DNA of 64,000 nucleotides from Lytechinus pictus (lineage: Eukaryota): NCBI RefSeq assembly GCF_037042905.1, contig NC_087252.1, positions 27,220,001 to 27,284,000 of the forward strand, read 5' to 3'. This document shows, piece after piece, positions 51,299 through 64,000 of the stretch. A program made the translations under genes and the position numbers. The first letter of the stretch is position 1; the number at the start of each line of letters is the position of its first letter. The notes under the pieces were generated by a model. That model was not told the origin of the DNA. It did not search any database and was given only the letters and a program-made list of their open reading frames with translations.

Positions 51299-52669
51299 GT
51301 TTCGGATGGACCTTCATATTTTTGCCAACTAGCTCGAGCCCTGCTGAATACTTTCCTGATCTGTTTGAGATTGTGACTGGAGTCGCATTTTCAGGTGCTA
51401 GTGTCGGAGTGATGGTGATGCCTTGGCTCTTTGATACGATCAATGCATTTTATGGATGGAGAGGCGGTCTTCTGATGTTGGGTGCCTTGAATTCCCAATA
51501 TATTTTAATCGGTTCCCTTCTAAAACCTACCAAAGGGAGACGTACAAGAAAGAATGCCCACGCAACCCATGACGGTGGCAAATCTCAAATACACAATAGC
51601 CTTGATGTTGAAGCAGATCAAGTTGGTGTAGACATTAAACGCGGATGCGATCAATCTCAAACAGGGACGTGCAGCGTTTTAGAAGGATCAACCATGTCAC
51701 TACCGTCTTATACCGATCACAGTGAAAATGAGGCCGAAAAAGCTTGTACTTATCATGGCGATGTCGCCAAATTTCCACTTGACACAAACGTCAGTAAGGA
51801 CCTAAAATTCGACAGTCATTTGATTGCAGATTATGGCGGTAATAATGGATTTGTTAACGCGAGCTATGAAGCAGATCCGCTTCATGAAGTACACACAAGG
51901 AAAATGTCACATCAAGGTCGTAGTCCAGAATCGAAACGGCACAGTGTGATAAAGGAGAAATACGTAAAGCCGTCAACAAACCTTTCCAATTGCGATGAAT
52001 ATGAGGTTGAATCAATCCCTGCAGAGCATGAAAATGTACAGTCAGCAACAACAAACCCCAACCATGTCAACCATGTCAACGGAAAGAGGGTATCCACAGC
52101 AGATGCTGAATTGGTCGAAATCCATATAACCGATACTAAGTCCAGCGACAAGGTCGGACGCGAAGTCGCCGACAACACTTGCTCTTTCAGGGCATTATCT
52201 TCAGTTGCACGGTTTTTCAAAGGACATCCCAAAATGATCATAATTTGTTTCCAGGTGTACCTTTTCGCCTTTACCTACGCTGCCTGGGTCCTCTTTACCA
52301 TCCCTAACGCTCTAGCAAAAGGCCTCTCTGACACGAGGGCCGCCCAGCTCTCAATCGCAGGTGGAGTCGCGAACTTCATCGGTCGATTCTCTTGTGGCTT
52401 TATCACCTCTAAAGAACGGGCGAGTACTGAAATTTGGTACATGATCGCGAATGTCATTTCATCGATAGCATTTTTCGCGAATTATGTGGCCGATTCCTTC
52501 TGGTTCCTGACAGTCCTCTCGGTTGTGTTTGGCTTTTCCATCGGTTTCAAGTCACCTGCACACTTCACTCTCGTCATGAAAGCAGTTGGGAAGGAACACT
52601 TCAAGACGGGAGTAGGAATTATATTTCTTATTGGCGGCTCTGTCTTCCCTTTCGTTGGATTAATATCAG
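51299..52669 (+). CDS. SLC16-family transporter, coding exon 3 (TM4-TM11 with long central loop)
   Basis: Acceptor ccccccAG|. Encodes GFGWTFIFLP..EYFP..GVAFSGASVG..YGWRGGLLMLGAL (SLC16 signature), a long hydrophilic loop, then ..AAQLSIAGGVANFIGRF..GFSIG..PFVGLIS. Donor g|GTTTGT. Confidence 0.93.
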
Positions 52670-52974
52670 GTTTGTTTACTCTCTCTGTACTTATTTTTCA
52701 TAAATTTCAATTCAGAAATCATTTTCTAATAAATCTCTTTAGCGAAGAATAACTCTCTGATATATCCAGGGGGCTCCCCGTTATTTAAACCTTCGAATAA
52801 TAACCTGGCAAGAAAAACAATGAAATACCACTCTCAGAGATCCTTAATTCACCTTCAATAATTGTCTTATCAATTTTTTCTGTATATCTCTGTTTGCGTG
52901 TCATGATACTTTCAGTAGGCCTAATTACGTATTCCGTCAATGATTTCATACTTCTCTATTCTCTATCAACAAAG

Positions 52975-53105
52975 GTGCAATCTATGATCGGACTCAATCC
53001 TATGACATCACATTTTGCATCATGGGGGCTCTGGATATCTTTGCCGCAATTATCATTTGCATCCCTATAGCCTGGAACAGATTCTGCAGAAGAACTAGAG
53101 CCTGA
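52975..53105 (+). CDS. SLC16-family transporter, terminal coding exon 4
   Basis: Acceptor ctctattctctatcaacaaAG|. Encodes (G)AIYDRTQSYDITFCIMGALDIFAAIIICIPIAWNRFCRRTRA-stop, including the G-x-x-Y-D-x-T-x-S-Y motif before TM12. Joined CDS 1878 nt, 625 aa. Confidence 0.9.
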
Positions 53106-53150
53106 CTCTTCGGATTGATAGCAGGGCCTCTTTCAGGATATCCGTTTCAT

Positions 53151-53723
53151 TTAAAGGTCAATAGGGAAAAATCCGAAAAGCATAATGCTGAAAATTTCAT
53201 CAAAATAAGATGTAAAATAAGAAAGTTATGACAGTTTAAAGTTTCGTTTATTTTCTACAAAATAGTTACATGCACACTTTAGTCAGATGCAAATGAGAGA
53301 ATCGATGATGTCCCTCACTCACTATTTCTTTTGTTTTTTCATTGTTTGAATCATACAATATTTCATTTTTTACAGATTTGACAGTAGGGACCAACTTGAC
53401 TGAACCATAACATGATAAATCATGGTAATCCACATGTTCAGGGAGGAATAAAACTTTGTTTCACAGGACAATGAGGAGAAAATTAGAATATTTCATATTT
53501 CGTATAATAGAATACAAAAGAAATCCTGAGTGATGTCATCAGTTCTCTCATTTGCATACCGACCGGGATGTGTATATAACTATTTTGTGAATTGAGCAAA
53601 ACTTTAAATGTCATAACTTTCTCATTTTACATTCAATTTTGATGAAATTTTCAGTGTTGCGCTTGATAGATATTTCTCTTTTTATTCAGATCAGCTTTTC
53701 GTTGGGGTGGACTTGTACTTTAA
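53151..53723. mobile_element. MITE family A, copy 4 (in the SLC16 3' region)
   Basis: ttaaaggtcaa ... ggggtggacttgtactttaa, starting 46 nt after the SLC16 stop codon. Confidence 0.8.
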
Positions 53724-53744
53724 GGACTTGTCTTTTACAGATGT

Positions 53745-54068
53745 ATTATATAATTATACATTTTATATAGCGCTTCATACTTTGTGTTTCTAAGCGATTT
53801 GCATTGTAATTATTATTACCCTGGTCATAGACGTAACCCCACATGTAACGTGAACCGCGCGTCTTCACTCCACTCCTTGGGAGTATCCTGGTCTGGCAAC
53901 CCTGTCTATTGGTGCACACATGCCACACTGACATTCACACCATCCCGCGTACCCATTTAACACCTGGGTGGAGAGTGACAAACGGAAATTAACGCCGGGT
54001 GGGATTCGAACCCTCCACCCTTTGTTTAAAAGTCCAGTAACTAACCTCTAGGCCTATACTACGACTAC
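53745..54068 (-). mobile_element. tRNA-derived SINE (same core), antisense and downstream of SLC16
   Basis: Reverse-complement B box ggttcgaatcc at ~54002-54012, core gtacccatttaacacctgggtggagagtg, tail tatatagcgctt. Confidence 0.75.
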
Positions 54069-55024
54069 GAAACCTCCATAGAATATACATGCCTAACGCG
54101 GCTCGATAGGTGAAAGGATGGATTGAAAAGGGGATTCATGCGCCAATGGTGTACGTGTGTGTGCGGCGCGTGCGGGGTTGGGTAGGGGTAAGGATGGTTC
54201 TGTCCTACAGTGTAATGGATGATCGCGGTAATCCTGGTGATATATCACATGTCTGAAAGCCCTACCGACGCTTTGCTCGGATTCGAATCCACTACTCAAT
54301 ATCAATTCATAAACTATATTTGTCAGGGGACCGCTTTAGCAGGTGTTGCAGGGATCGTAACGAAGACGGCAAACGGCTTCGTCGGGTAAGCCCCCGAGGT
54401 GAAAAACACGTCTTTCGCTGATCATATGTGACGTGTTAAAAACCCATAAGCCAGGCGCCATGTTTACGCTATCCAATGTGGCGTAGGCGGGCGCACAAAG
54501 TTACAACTTTGCCAGGGTGATTGGAAAAAAAAATAATAAGGTTTGAGAATAAATAATGCAAGGTGTTCTGGAGTAGTGGTGTAGGTTCTTGCTGTAGCTT
54601 TTTTTTTTATATTGCCTCAAATTACAGTTTACAAGGAATTTAATATTTTACATGTTTTCTCCTCTTATTATTTCTCTTAAAATATCTTTCAACTCGATTG
54701 GATTCTTCGTTAAATTGATACATTTTAAGTATCTTTACGGAAAATATACGCATAGTTTGAACACTTTTTTATTTCTTAGTTAAAGATACCGCCTATTGAA
54801 CAACCTGCGCTTTTGCAAAGTCACTATATCCCCTTAGGTTGAAAATGAATTGATATCATTTGTACAAGTGCATTGATTGCATTCTTAACTTGAAATTATG
54901 ATCATCCTCACGGAAATGTTGCATCAAAATCATTTTTTTTTCTTGCTGAAGGTTTTTTGCGCTTTCCTTTCTGTTTAGTAAACGGATTTCAAATTAGAAT
55001 GCTAAATGTAAAAAGAGGAAAAGT

Positions 55025-55056
<32 letters not shown>

Positions 55057-55837
55057 TTAACCTTTGTCACCGTATCCTATTTTACTGTACAATTCAGCAA
55101 CAAAGATGCAGTTGAAATTAAACAAAAAAAATCACAGATCAAACCTTCAAAAGGTTAAACATTTGTCATTCGAAGTTGCACAACCTCATTGGTGAAACAA
55201 GCGTACGCATATACTCACTCTCTGCGCTTATAACCATGTAGACAATCTGAAATAAGATTACGTACGCCAGCGCAATAGTTAACTATATTGACCGTGTCAC
55301 CTGATAGATCAGTGTTTATATAATGGTGTTGTCTCACTCCCAAAGGCCCCGGAGTGGATATTTCAAATGTCTATTGACTTTAACATATTTGTAATCAAAA
55401 CATAATTTATCATCCTGCATGTATAGGTTTACAGGTTGGCCGCTTAACCGATCGAGTAAGTCGATTCTCGGTCGGAATTATAATAATATAGATAGAGATT
55501 GCCCTCACTCTTATTAAAGGGGTATGAAACCCTGTAAACAAATTAAATTATCTGTAAACAGACAAATATAATAATGAACAAAGTTTGAGAAGAATTAAAA
55601 ACATAATGAGAAAGTTATGAGCAATTAAATGTCGACATCCTTCAATTGGCAATGCGACCAACATGTGTATGTCAATTACTTTTCTACATATTTTACTTAA
55701 ATTGCGATTTTTATCAAGTGTAATCATAATTTAGGGATTTTTTCATGGGAGGATATGTTATACGGGTTCCATAAAATACAAATAGTTTGTACTATGATAA
55801 GAATGAGCAAAAAATATATGTTTTGGGGTATATTTTC

Positions 55838-56379
55838 CGCATACATTCGTAATTCCGAAGCTTCGTTATTCCGAAGGTTCGTATATTCCGAAGGTTCGTT
55901 ATTCCGAAGGTTCGTATTTCCGAAGGTTCGTAATTCCGAAGGTTCGTTAGTCCGAAAACGAAATGAGGTTCGTAATTCCGAAGGTTCGTTAGTCCGAAAT
56001 CGAAGTGAGGTTCGTAATTCCGAAGGTTCGTTAATCCGAAAACGAAATGAGGTTCGTAATTCCGAAGGTTCGTTAGTCCGAAAACTAAATGATTAACGAG
56101 CCATATTTCGTTTTTGGACTAACGAACCTTCGGAACAACGAACCTTATTTCTTTTTCGGATTAACGAACCTTCGAAAGAACGAACCTTATTTCGTTTTCG
56201 GATTAACGGACCTTCGGAACATTGAACCTTATTTCGTTTTCGGATTATTAAACCTTCGGAATAACGCCACAAATGTTCGGATTAACGAACCCTTTTACAT
56301 TTTCGGATTAACGAACATCGAGGTATAGGCAATTTACGTGTTTCGGAATAACGAACCTTCAGAATTACGAAGTGTAACC
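55838..56379. mobile_element. Foldback-like MITE built of ttccgaaggttcgt repeats, nested in a TTAA element (55514-56609)
   Basis: Tandem aattccgaaggttcg units switch to their reverse complement near 56090; 8-bp TSD atattttc. Confidence 0.8.
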
Positions 56380-57517
56380 ATATTTTCAGTGTACAAAGGG
56401 GAGAGTAATATTTATGTTACAACACAAATGTTGGTCGCATTGCCGATGGGAAGATCTCCACAGCAGTAGTGATTTCGACATTCAAAAGCTTATAATTTCC
56501 CTATTGTATAATTGGTCTCACATTTCCATTCATCTTATGATTTCTTTTTCTGCTTCCATACAGATTACCCTGATCAAAGAGATTCATTTTCAATTAAGGT
56601 TTGCTTTAAGATTTGTGAAAGGTCAATAATGAGAATCATGTTCGGTGTCACTTAATTTTTTTGACCTAGAAACGCAATTTTTTTAAATTGTTATTCCTTG
56701 TGTAAATTTGAAAGTCTATCAATTAGTAAATATAACCCCTCTTGATGTTTTTTTTAAAGAAATGAATTTGAGCACTAACAAATTTACTGAATGTAGGCTA
56801 TATAAGAAAGATTGTTAAAAATTAAGACCAATTTTGTTTATGGTCACAACTACAACAGCCTGTTCTTGTATTTTGAAAGGGAACCCAATTACAATTAATT
56901 TACATGTAAAATCGCACGATTTCTCAATAAACATATATTTTCAATATCAATCACATCAAAACCAATGTAGGGTGTACACAATCATAATTAAAATTATTAT
57001 ATTCACTTTTCTTCTGGGGGGGGGGGATTTATGAAAACTGAAAATAAGGAGCCATCCCCGTTTTCACAAAGACTTTCCTCCCATTCCCCTTGTTCTCATT
57101 TCATTTGGGTTTAATTCGGTTCTTTAAAATCCATTACGTTTGATCTACAAGTCTTCACTCAAAGATGTTATAAAATACTTTTTAGATAGCAATCGGGGGA
57201 GATACAATACCTATTTGCCATTCCCCTGTCATTCCATAGCTTCGTTCTTAATTAGCAGGGTTATTACAATGGTCATGGGATGGCGGATTTATCCAGTCTC
57301 AACATTTCCACAAGGATTCAACTATAAGTATGCTTTAATGCCTTGGTAAGATATTCATAGATTCATTGGGAAACATTTCATCTTTATGACCAGATTCCGG
57401 AAGAGTACGGGAGTAGAATTCATAATTTTCTTTTTCTTTCACTGATTCCACGATTTCACCACTACAGTAGCAGATAAAAAGATGGATCATCTTTACCATC
57501 AAAAACGAGTATGAACA

Positions 57518-57923
57518 TTAAAGGTAAATGCTAGTTTTGGTAACAATATCAAAATGAGTTCGTACAGAATCCAATGAAATGACCACCAAAGTGTCTGTTT
57601 GTATAAATAAAACGCATGTGCCAAAGGATTCTGGAAGAAATTGTGTAATTGCTGAGAAATCAGCAAATAAGCACAGGATTCGGGTAGAGCCGCGTCGGGC
57701 CCGACGCTCAAAGCAATAATTATACACTGTCCCACGTGCGCTTATCTGTGTTGGGGAAGTTCAGTCTGAACATTTTTCAGCGTAGATTTCAAGATTTCAC
57801 AAAGTTCAGTTTATGTAACTGTACCAGATCTAGATCCTCGATGATATACTGACAATTAAGCATGGTTTTACAGACTTTCTCATGAAATCAGTGTTTACTG
57901 CAACTACTGGAATTTCTCTTTAA
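57518..57923. mobile_element. TTAA-flanked MITE family B (Kolobok-like); truncated second copy at 40762-41150
   Basis: ttaa|aggtaaatgctagttttgg ... ctactggaatttctct|ttaa. The body is closely similar to 40762-41150. Confidence 0.75.
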
Positions 57924-59340
57924 TTGCTGCATCAGGTACGGGATACGCCCAATTTCCATTAGCATGATCACTCTAATTCTCATTCTTAGTCCTCCTGAAT
58001 ATTTTGTCCATTTCAAATGTTCTTCTAGTTCCTATATTTTTCGAATCTCGTCTTTCCTCCCATAAGTCAACTCCGGTTTCATTTGTCTAGTTTAAATCCA
58101 GGAATAATACATAAAAAGGCTGAAGAAGATGCTCTTCTTGGTTAAATAGGTTTATCCGGCTGGAATGCTATCGTTTTTCGAATTTCAGTATATTATTATT
58201 TTTTGTTGAATAATCTATTCTTATTCATGCAAATACATGAATTCCTTAATATAAAAACATAATACATTAAAAGCAGAAGTTCATACAGCTTAAGTGATTT
58301 CCTCTCCCTAAAAATAGACGAATCCGACTGAAGTGGAATATTCGAAATTTACGAAATGTCATGTGGATTTTTTTGTAGTTTTTAGTGTTTCATTCCTCGG
58401 CAATGATGTATATTATGCACGTATGGAAGTAATTTAGACGGTCTCGAATTTGAATTTGATTAAACGAAAAATATATAGGCCTACATTTGAATGAACCTTC
58501 AAAGTTTTTCGATTGTTAATTACATAATCATTCTCAAATATGATAGGATCCACGCTCTTTAGAAGCATGGCTTCTCAGTGGATCCCCTTATTTCCATACG
58601 CATTTCACATTGTTTTGTTCAAGCTTTTGTTACTATGGAATTATGATATTATACGATATATATCATTCATTCATCTGTATTTGTTTTGTAAATCATATTT
58701 TGTTTGAATTTGTATTTGATGTACGTACATTTGTGATCGAAGTGAAATAAATTTCTTGAATCTTGAAAACATGATGGACACTTTTGATCCTTTGAAGTGA
58801 CATACATGTATATCACCCCTTGTTGGGCTTTCTCTTTTAGCCGCAACTCTACAAACACACCACGGATTGATGTTGGCGGGACTAGAGGGTCCTTGTAGAG
58901 TGGCAAATTCTGACGCGAATTAATCTTGTCGTAGGATTGATAATTGGAAGCGAGTTATTTGATATCCTTTTAACATCCGTAATGGAAATGTTTAGCCGTG
59001 AGTAGTCCCTCTATCAAGTGGGATTTCAAGAGAAGCTAATTATGAGGAGAGGGCCCTCAGGGGTTGTAGAAAATGAAGTAATGTGAAGGACCGGACCGGC
59101 TGTTAAAGATAGAAAAGTAAAGATTTGAAGACATCCTTGGCACTTACTATGAACTCCTTGTTTGAAAGTTATGCAATTTTAAGAGGGTAGGTCGTTAATG
59201 TCTCCACGAACATGACGAACACAACATAAGTGAACCAGTCAATTTAAAATTAGAGGGGTACAGGATGTCACCTGAGGGGTGTTTGCTAAGGGCGTGCACC
59301 TGTGCCCTTTGCGACCGTCTAGGCCTATTTGTTCTTATTG

Positions 59341-60059
59341 TTAAAAGTCAAGTTCACCCCTGATTTTTTATAACAAGTGCACACCTATATAGTTATCAAT
59401 AATGCATATAGCATTTCCATTTATTTGAAAGCAGGATGAAAGAGCATCGTAGATTAAATGCCCAGCTAACGGGCATAGGTGCCGCGGCGGCCGGTGATCG
59501 AACCCCCGACTTTCCATGTATAGCCAGGCGCCTTAGACCACTCGGCCACGCCACCTTTGATTTGAATCTTTAGAGAAAAATCAAGCAAGCATAACGCTGA
59601 AATGTTTATCAAAATCGGAGGTAAAATAAGAAAGTTATGGCATTTTTAAGTTTCGCTTATTTTTCACAAAACAGTCATATGCACAGCTCAGTGCTACGCA
59701 AATGAGAGAGTCGATGATGTCCCTCACTCACTATTTCTTATTTTATTGTTTAAATTATGCAATATTTCATTTCTTACAGATTTGATAATAAGAACCGACT
59801 TGACTTAACCATAAATTGTTAAAATATGGTAATTCCGCATGTTCAGAGAGGAATAACATTTTGTTGCACATGACAATGAGGAGAAAATTAGAATACATGT
59901 GTATTTCATATTTCATACAATAAATTAAAGCGAAATTAAGCGATATTGTAAAATGTCATAATTTTCTTATTTTACATCCGATTTTTTATATAAAATTGTC
60001 AGTGTTATGCTTGTTGGATTTTCTTCCTTTTGTTCAAATCTAATTTTTGTTGGGGTGGA
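59341..60059. mobile_element. MITE family A, copy 5, interrupted by a SINE
   Basis: ttaaaagtcaagttcacccc ... ggggtgg, with a SINE inserted at about 59362-59555. Confidence 0.75.
59362..59555 (-). mobile_element. tRNA-derived SINE inserted in MITE family A
   Basis: Minus strand ggtggcgtggccgagtggtctaaggcg...ggttcgatcacc (A and B boxes). Confidence 0.75.
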
Positions 60060-63000
60060 AACCAAGTACACCAAGACCACTTTCTTATTAGATGTCCTGT
60101 ATCAGTGGGCTCGGTGAGTAAAGATCATTACGACCAAGGGACGTTATAAGCAATATTTTCGACCACCTAGCTTATCATCCTCTGAATTGTTGTAACGTAC
60201 ATTATACCGAGATCATGTAGACCGCTTTCATGTAAACTCACTCCTTTCCGGGGAGGGGGGGGGGGGGGGGGGGGTTAACGACCGGTTGATATTTCCGACT
60301 GGCCCTGGGGGCCACTTCCGGCTAAAGAGGACCAGTTCACGTCCAGTACCTGACTCACACTCTAGGTCGTAGCAGATAACAGGGGGTCAAATTATATTGG
60401 TTCAGTCAAGCACCCGGCTATTGCATAAGCTTAAACAAAATATTAATATATATCTGAGTAACACTGTGGGAACAAATGAATAATTAATTTGAACGATAGT
60501 TATTATCGATATTGAAAAGTAGTTGGTTTTATAAAGGTTCGTTGACTTTACCTCTTTACCATATTAAATAAGCTAACAACAATCCCTCCCCAAGAAGTAA
60601 TACATGCATGAATGAATAAATAAAATGAAATAAAATAAAGACATTGTAATGAATCAAAAATCAATTAATCAGTCAAGAGAGAACAATTAGATCATGAAAT
60701 GACAGTCCGAATACCCCCCCTAAAAAATATATATTTATTTGTTTATTTATGTATTATATATTTGTATGTCTAATTTAGAAAAAAAATACTTTACAAAGGC
60801 GCCCCGCAGTTGAAAAAATCACCATTCAACGTGAAAATGTACAAACAATAGCAGAAATATGTTCACAGCAGGTCAAACCGGAATAGAGCATAACACATAT
60901 ATATTTGATCCTCTTTATATTTTCCAAAAGTAAGAAGGTGAAATTTATTGACGAAGCGATATTAACTTTTTTTCTTATTACCAAATGCCATGACCTACGT
61001 TCTTGTGGGTGTATATGCATATTATTTAAATTTTTCAATTTGCATATTATAACAAAATCATCTCGCAAGTGTTTTTGTACCTCCATTAATGTTTCACTGT
61101 GATTAAGAATGGCTTTATCGTCAGCATTGAGAGACATTTTACAATGGAAATGCAAATTTATGTCACACATGTCATTTATAAAAAGGACAAAATATCAATG
61201 GACCTAATATAGATCCCTGAGGAACGCCTTGTTGAATATTCAAACGTAAACTGGAAAAAATATCAACTGTAACAAATTGTCTCTGGTCTCTTATATATTA
61301 TTCCATCCAGTCGTATCATATCTATTTAATACCATAAAACTTCAGCTTTGCAATAATAAATTGTGTGGAATAGCATCAACACTTTTGCGAAGATATTCTC
61401 GAGAAACCTTAAACTGCATTCTCTCTTTTCTTTCTTTCATTTTTTTTTGGGGGGTGCTGTTTAATTTTCTGATCCGTCTTTCGTTCCCGTGGGATTTTAT
61501 TTGCACAATGCCACTTATCAGCATCTAAGAAATGAACTTCATGCTATCATTAATGTTTTTGGAATTCAAAAATAAAAACTAAACCAAACAAACAAAAGTA
61601 CAAAGATGTTCGATCACCTGCTAGAGTTGCCTGTTCTTCGAAAAGAATCGCCATCAATACAACTTCACGCATCGGCTTAGTAAAGAATATTGTTGATCGT
61701 CACAATAATGGCAACCTGATAAGAATACGGACATTTTATTCCCTTTTCCTCCTCAAGTGAATTTCATTCATTAAACCACTGACATTCCACTTGATGAAGA
61801 CACATTCATCAATCCCAAAGGATCACTCCTGCATCCTTAGCCCCATCAACCACGCCACTTATGCCACACCACATACATACGTCTTACTTCAGTTTTAAGA
61901 TCAGCGCACACTATGCGATCTGATGCAGTGCGATTTTTTTTTTTAATAAATCGCCTTTTGCATTAAATGTGAAGGTACCACGAAGTATATTTATTTATTT
62001 GAAGTTCGGCATTATGTTAGGGATAATAAAATCACAATTTTGCTTTGCGGTAAGCCCTGTGGTCGAAAGAAAGTCCAAATCGGCTTCAAGTAGCAGCCGA
62101 CGATGACGTTATAGCGTCAACATGACCAAGATGTAAGATCATATATTTCAAGGGGTTGTGTGAATGGACCTGATATCTATGTTGCACATGGAAGTCGCCG
62201 ATCGGAGGCTCTGCAACTATGCCTAATATCGTTTTTAAAATTGAGGTCTCTCATATTCCGGCATAGATAGAAAAGATTGAGGATCTTCCGCCTCCTCTCG
62301 AACTCGCCGGTATCCACCAGATTCCGCCGGAATACAGTCGAATTTGCATACTATTCATAGCACGAAGAACGTCCATCATAATCATAATGAAAGCTGGACA
62401 TGGGTCATACATTTCTCAAAATGTGACTGCCCCTTCCCGAGACGTGCAACTTTATCAGTCTGCAGGCACAGACCCTGATTGAAACTTTGATCAGCAAGTG
62501 TGTCTCCACGCAAAGACTAGCACATACAAAACTTGCTGCCCTCAGTACACACGGAATGAGTAGGCTGCACATTCAGACCCTTAACTCGAGTGAAGGGTTT
62601 GCACAGCAGACTTTAACTATAGCGTCGCCCTGAAAAGAAACCTGCAAAGCACATCATGATAACGATTTTTTTTTCACCTCGCATCCTTATGCGATCATGG
62701 CAAGACGTTAAATCTGTCTGAAGATGCCTGGGTTATATTAGTGTGCCTTAGCAATATATTGATACCCAAAGTGCGTGAAGTGATCAACGCAGCTAAGCGT
62801 CACGCGTCAATGATTGCATCATATTGGGGTCAATGGCATTGTAGAGGGGGTAACAGTAGATATGGAGTAATTACGTCTGGGTGATGATGACGGCCGAACG
62901 GGGAATATACATGGTCGTCTTTCTCCATTAGTTCAAACTCGGCCCCCAATCCATGTCAATGACACGTTGACACTAACCAGTGATGACACTGACTGGACAA

Positions 63001-64000
63001 CGCCAGACTTCGCTTTTTGGTGGGAGAGGGCGTAGGGGGGGGGGGGGGGTGTGGCATTAAAAATATTTACAACGATATTGAAAACTATAAAACATGGGAA
63101 TACGATACATACATTCCAAGATTGTATGGAAAGTTTGTCTATCCGTCTGAAATGATAAGGCCAAATATTGCCATCTTAATACCAGTCCTGTATTCCAGTG
63201 CAGCACATTACTTGAACAGTTTCTGATGACGTTCCTTTTCTTGGTGCACGTTTTTAGTGTAGTATCCTAGCACAACATAATTATTAAACCGTTACTGAAA
63301 ACAACTTTTCGTACATTGTCAACTTGATAAACTTTCAAGTAAAAACTTCCTAATCATGGAGGTACACCCCCTTGATGGTTTCGCCTAGCTCCGGAAGTTT
63401 CCATCTTTTCTACAAAATTCGTTTATTATATAAAAAGGCATCACTCACAATTACTGTAACATTTTCAAGATAATGGATGGATCATTGACTACTGGCACAT
63501 TACACCAGGCTGTCTTGTGCGACAAATTATGTATCAAGGTTTGACAGAGTAAGGGCAAAAGATCGAATAAAAGGTATAAAAGGTGTAAAACTAATTGAAT
63601 ATAATCGTAAGAGGACAGGTTCGCGGTGCCTCCGTGACTCTGACAACATTTCTTTCTCGTTTCGACCTTATTTCATACTTCAAAAGGCACAAAGTTGCTC
63701 TAGTTTGGTCAACATTTAAACTATCAGACATGAGTCAATAGACAGATAAAGCACTAATGTGACCAGCCAACCCAAAACCAACAATGGGTTGCCAAAAATA
63801 AATTTTGAGATTTTAATCTAGTTTGAAAAAAGCACAGCCATAGCTTTAAAATGATATATAGTTTGTCTAACTTGATCAACAATAAACCCACTGAAATACT
63901 TGATTGAATGCAGAAGAAACAAAAGATGAGCTTCAGAAAATAAGGAGAAAACAACGTTTGAACATTGTGTTCACTCAAGCATGAGATGTGCACACTGAGC

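Noticed and set aside
51322..52752. 476-aa single-exon ORF as a complete gene
   Set aside because: It is an internal exon. The TTG start and the C-terminal tail past 52669 come from reading across splice sites.
58700..59300. Possible decayed LINE ORF1 on the minus strand
   Set aside because: Only a vague motif resemblance with many stops; not supportable by eye.

Overview
AT-rich, repeat-dense eukaryotic (animal) genomic DNA. The SINE/MITE families and G-tract-rich hAT elements suggest an echinoid (sea urchin) genome, which is an inference. Two spliced protein-coding genes can be reconstructed by hand. (1) Minus strand: a small secreted prepropeptide gene, coding exons 28996-28813, 26226-26143 and 19965-19916, 105 aa. 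It has a signal peptide, an acidic pro-region and a KR site, followed by a predicted 48-aa cationic mature peptide with 4 Cys and 3 Trp. This looks like an unannotated antimicrobial or bioactive peptide precursor and is the most interesting feature; the ORF track only shows it in fragments. (2) Plus strand: an SLC16/monocarboxylate-transporter-family MFS gene, coding exons 46933-47167, 50822-50962, 51299-52669 and 52975-53105, 625 aa. The rest is mostly non-autonomous DNA transposons, many nested and with readable target-site duplications (TSDs): TTAA/Kolobok-like, hAT 8-bp, a 5-bp-TSD family, CACT-ended EnSpm-like, Harbinger and pogo-like. There are also tRNA-derived SINEs, decayed LINE fragments (Vingi/Ingi-like, RTE, CR1-like ORF1), a 1.1-kb foldback element, tandem duplications and microsatellites. 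I found no rRNA, intact tRNA or CRISPR array. Most short ORFs in the track are low-complexity or TE noise.
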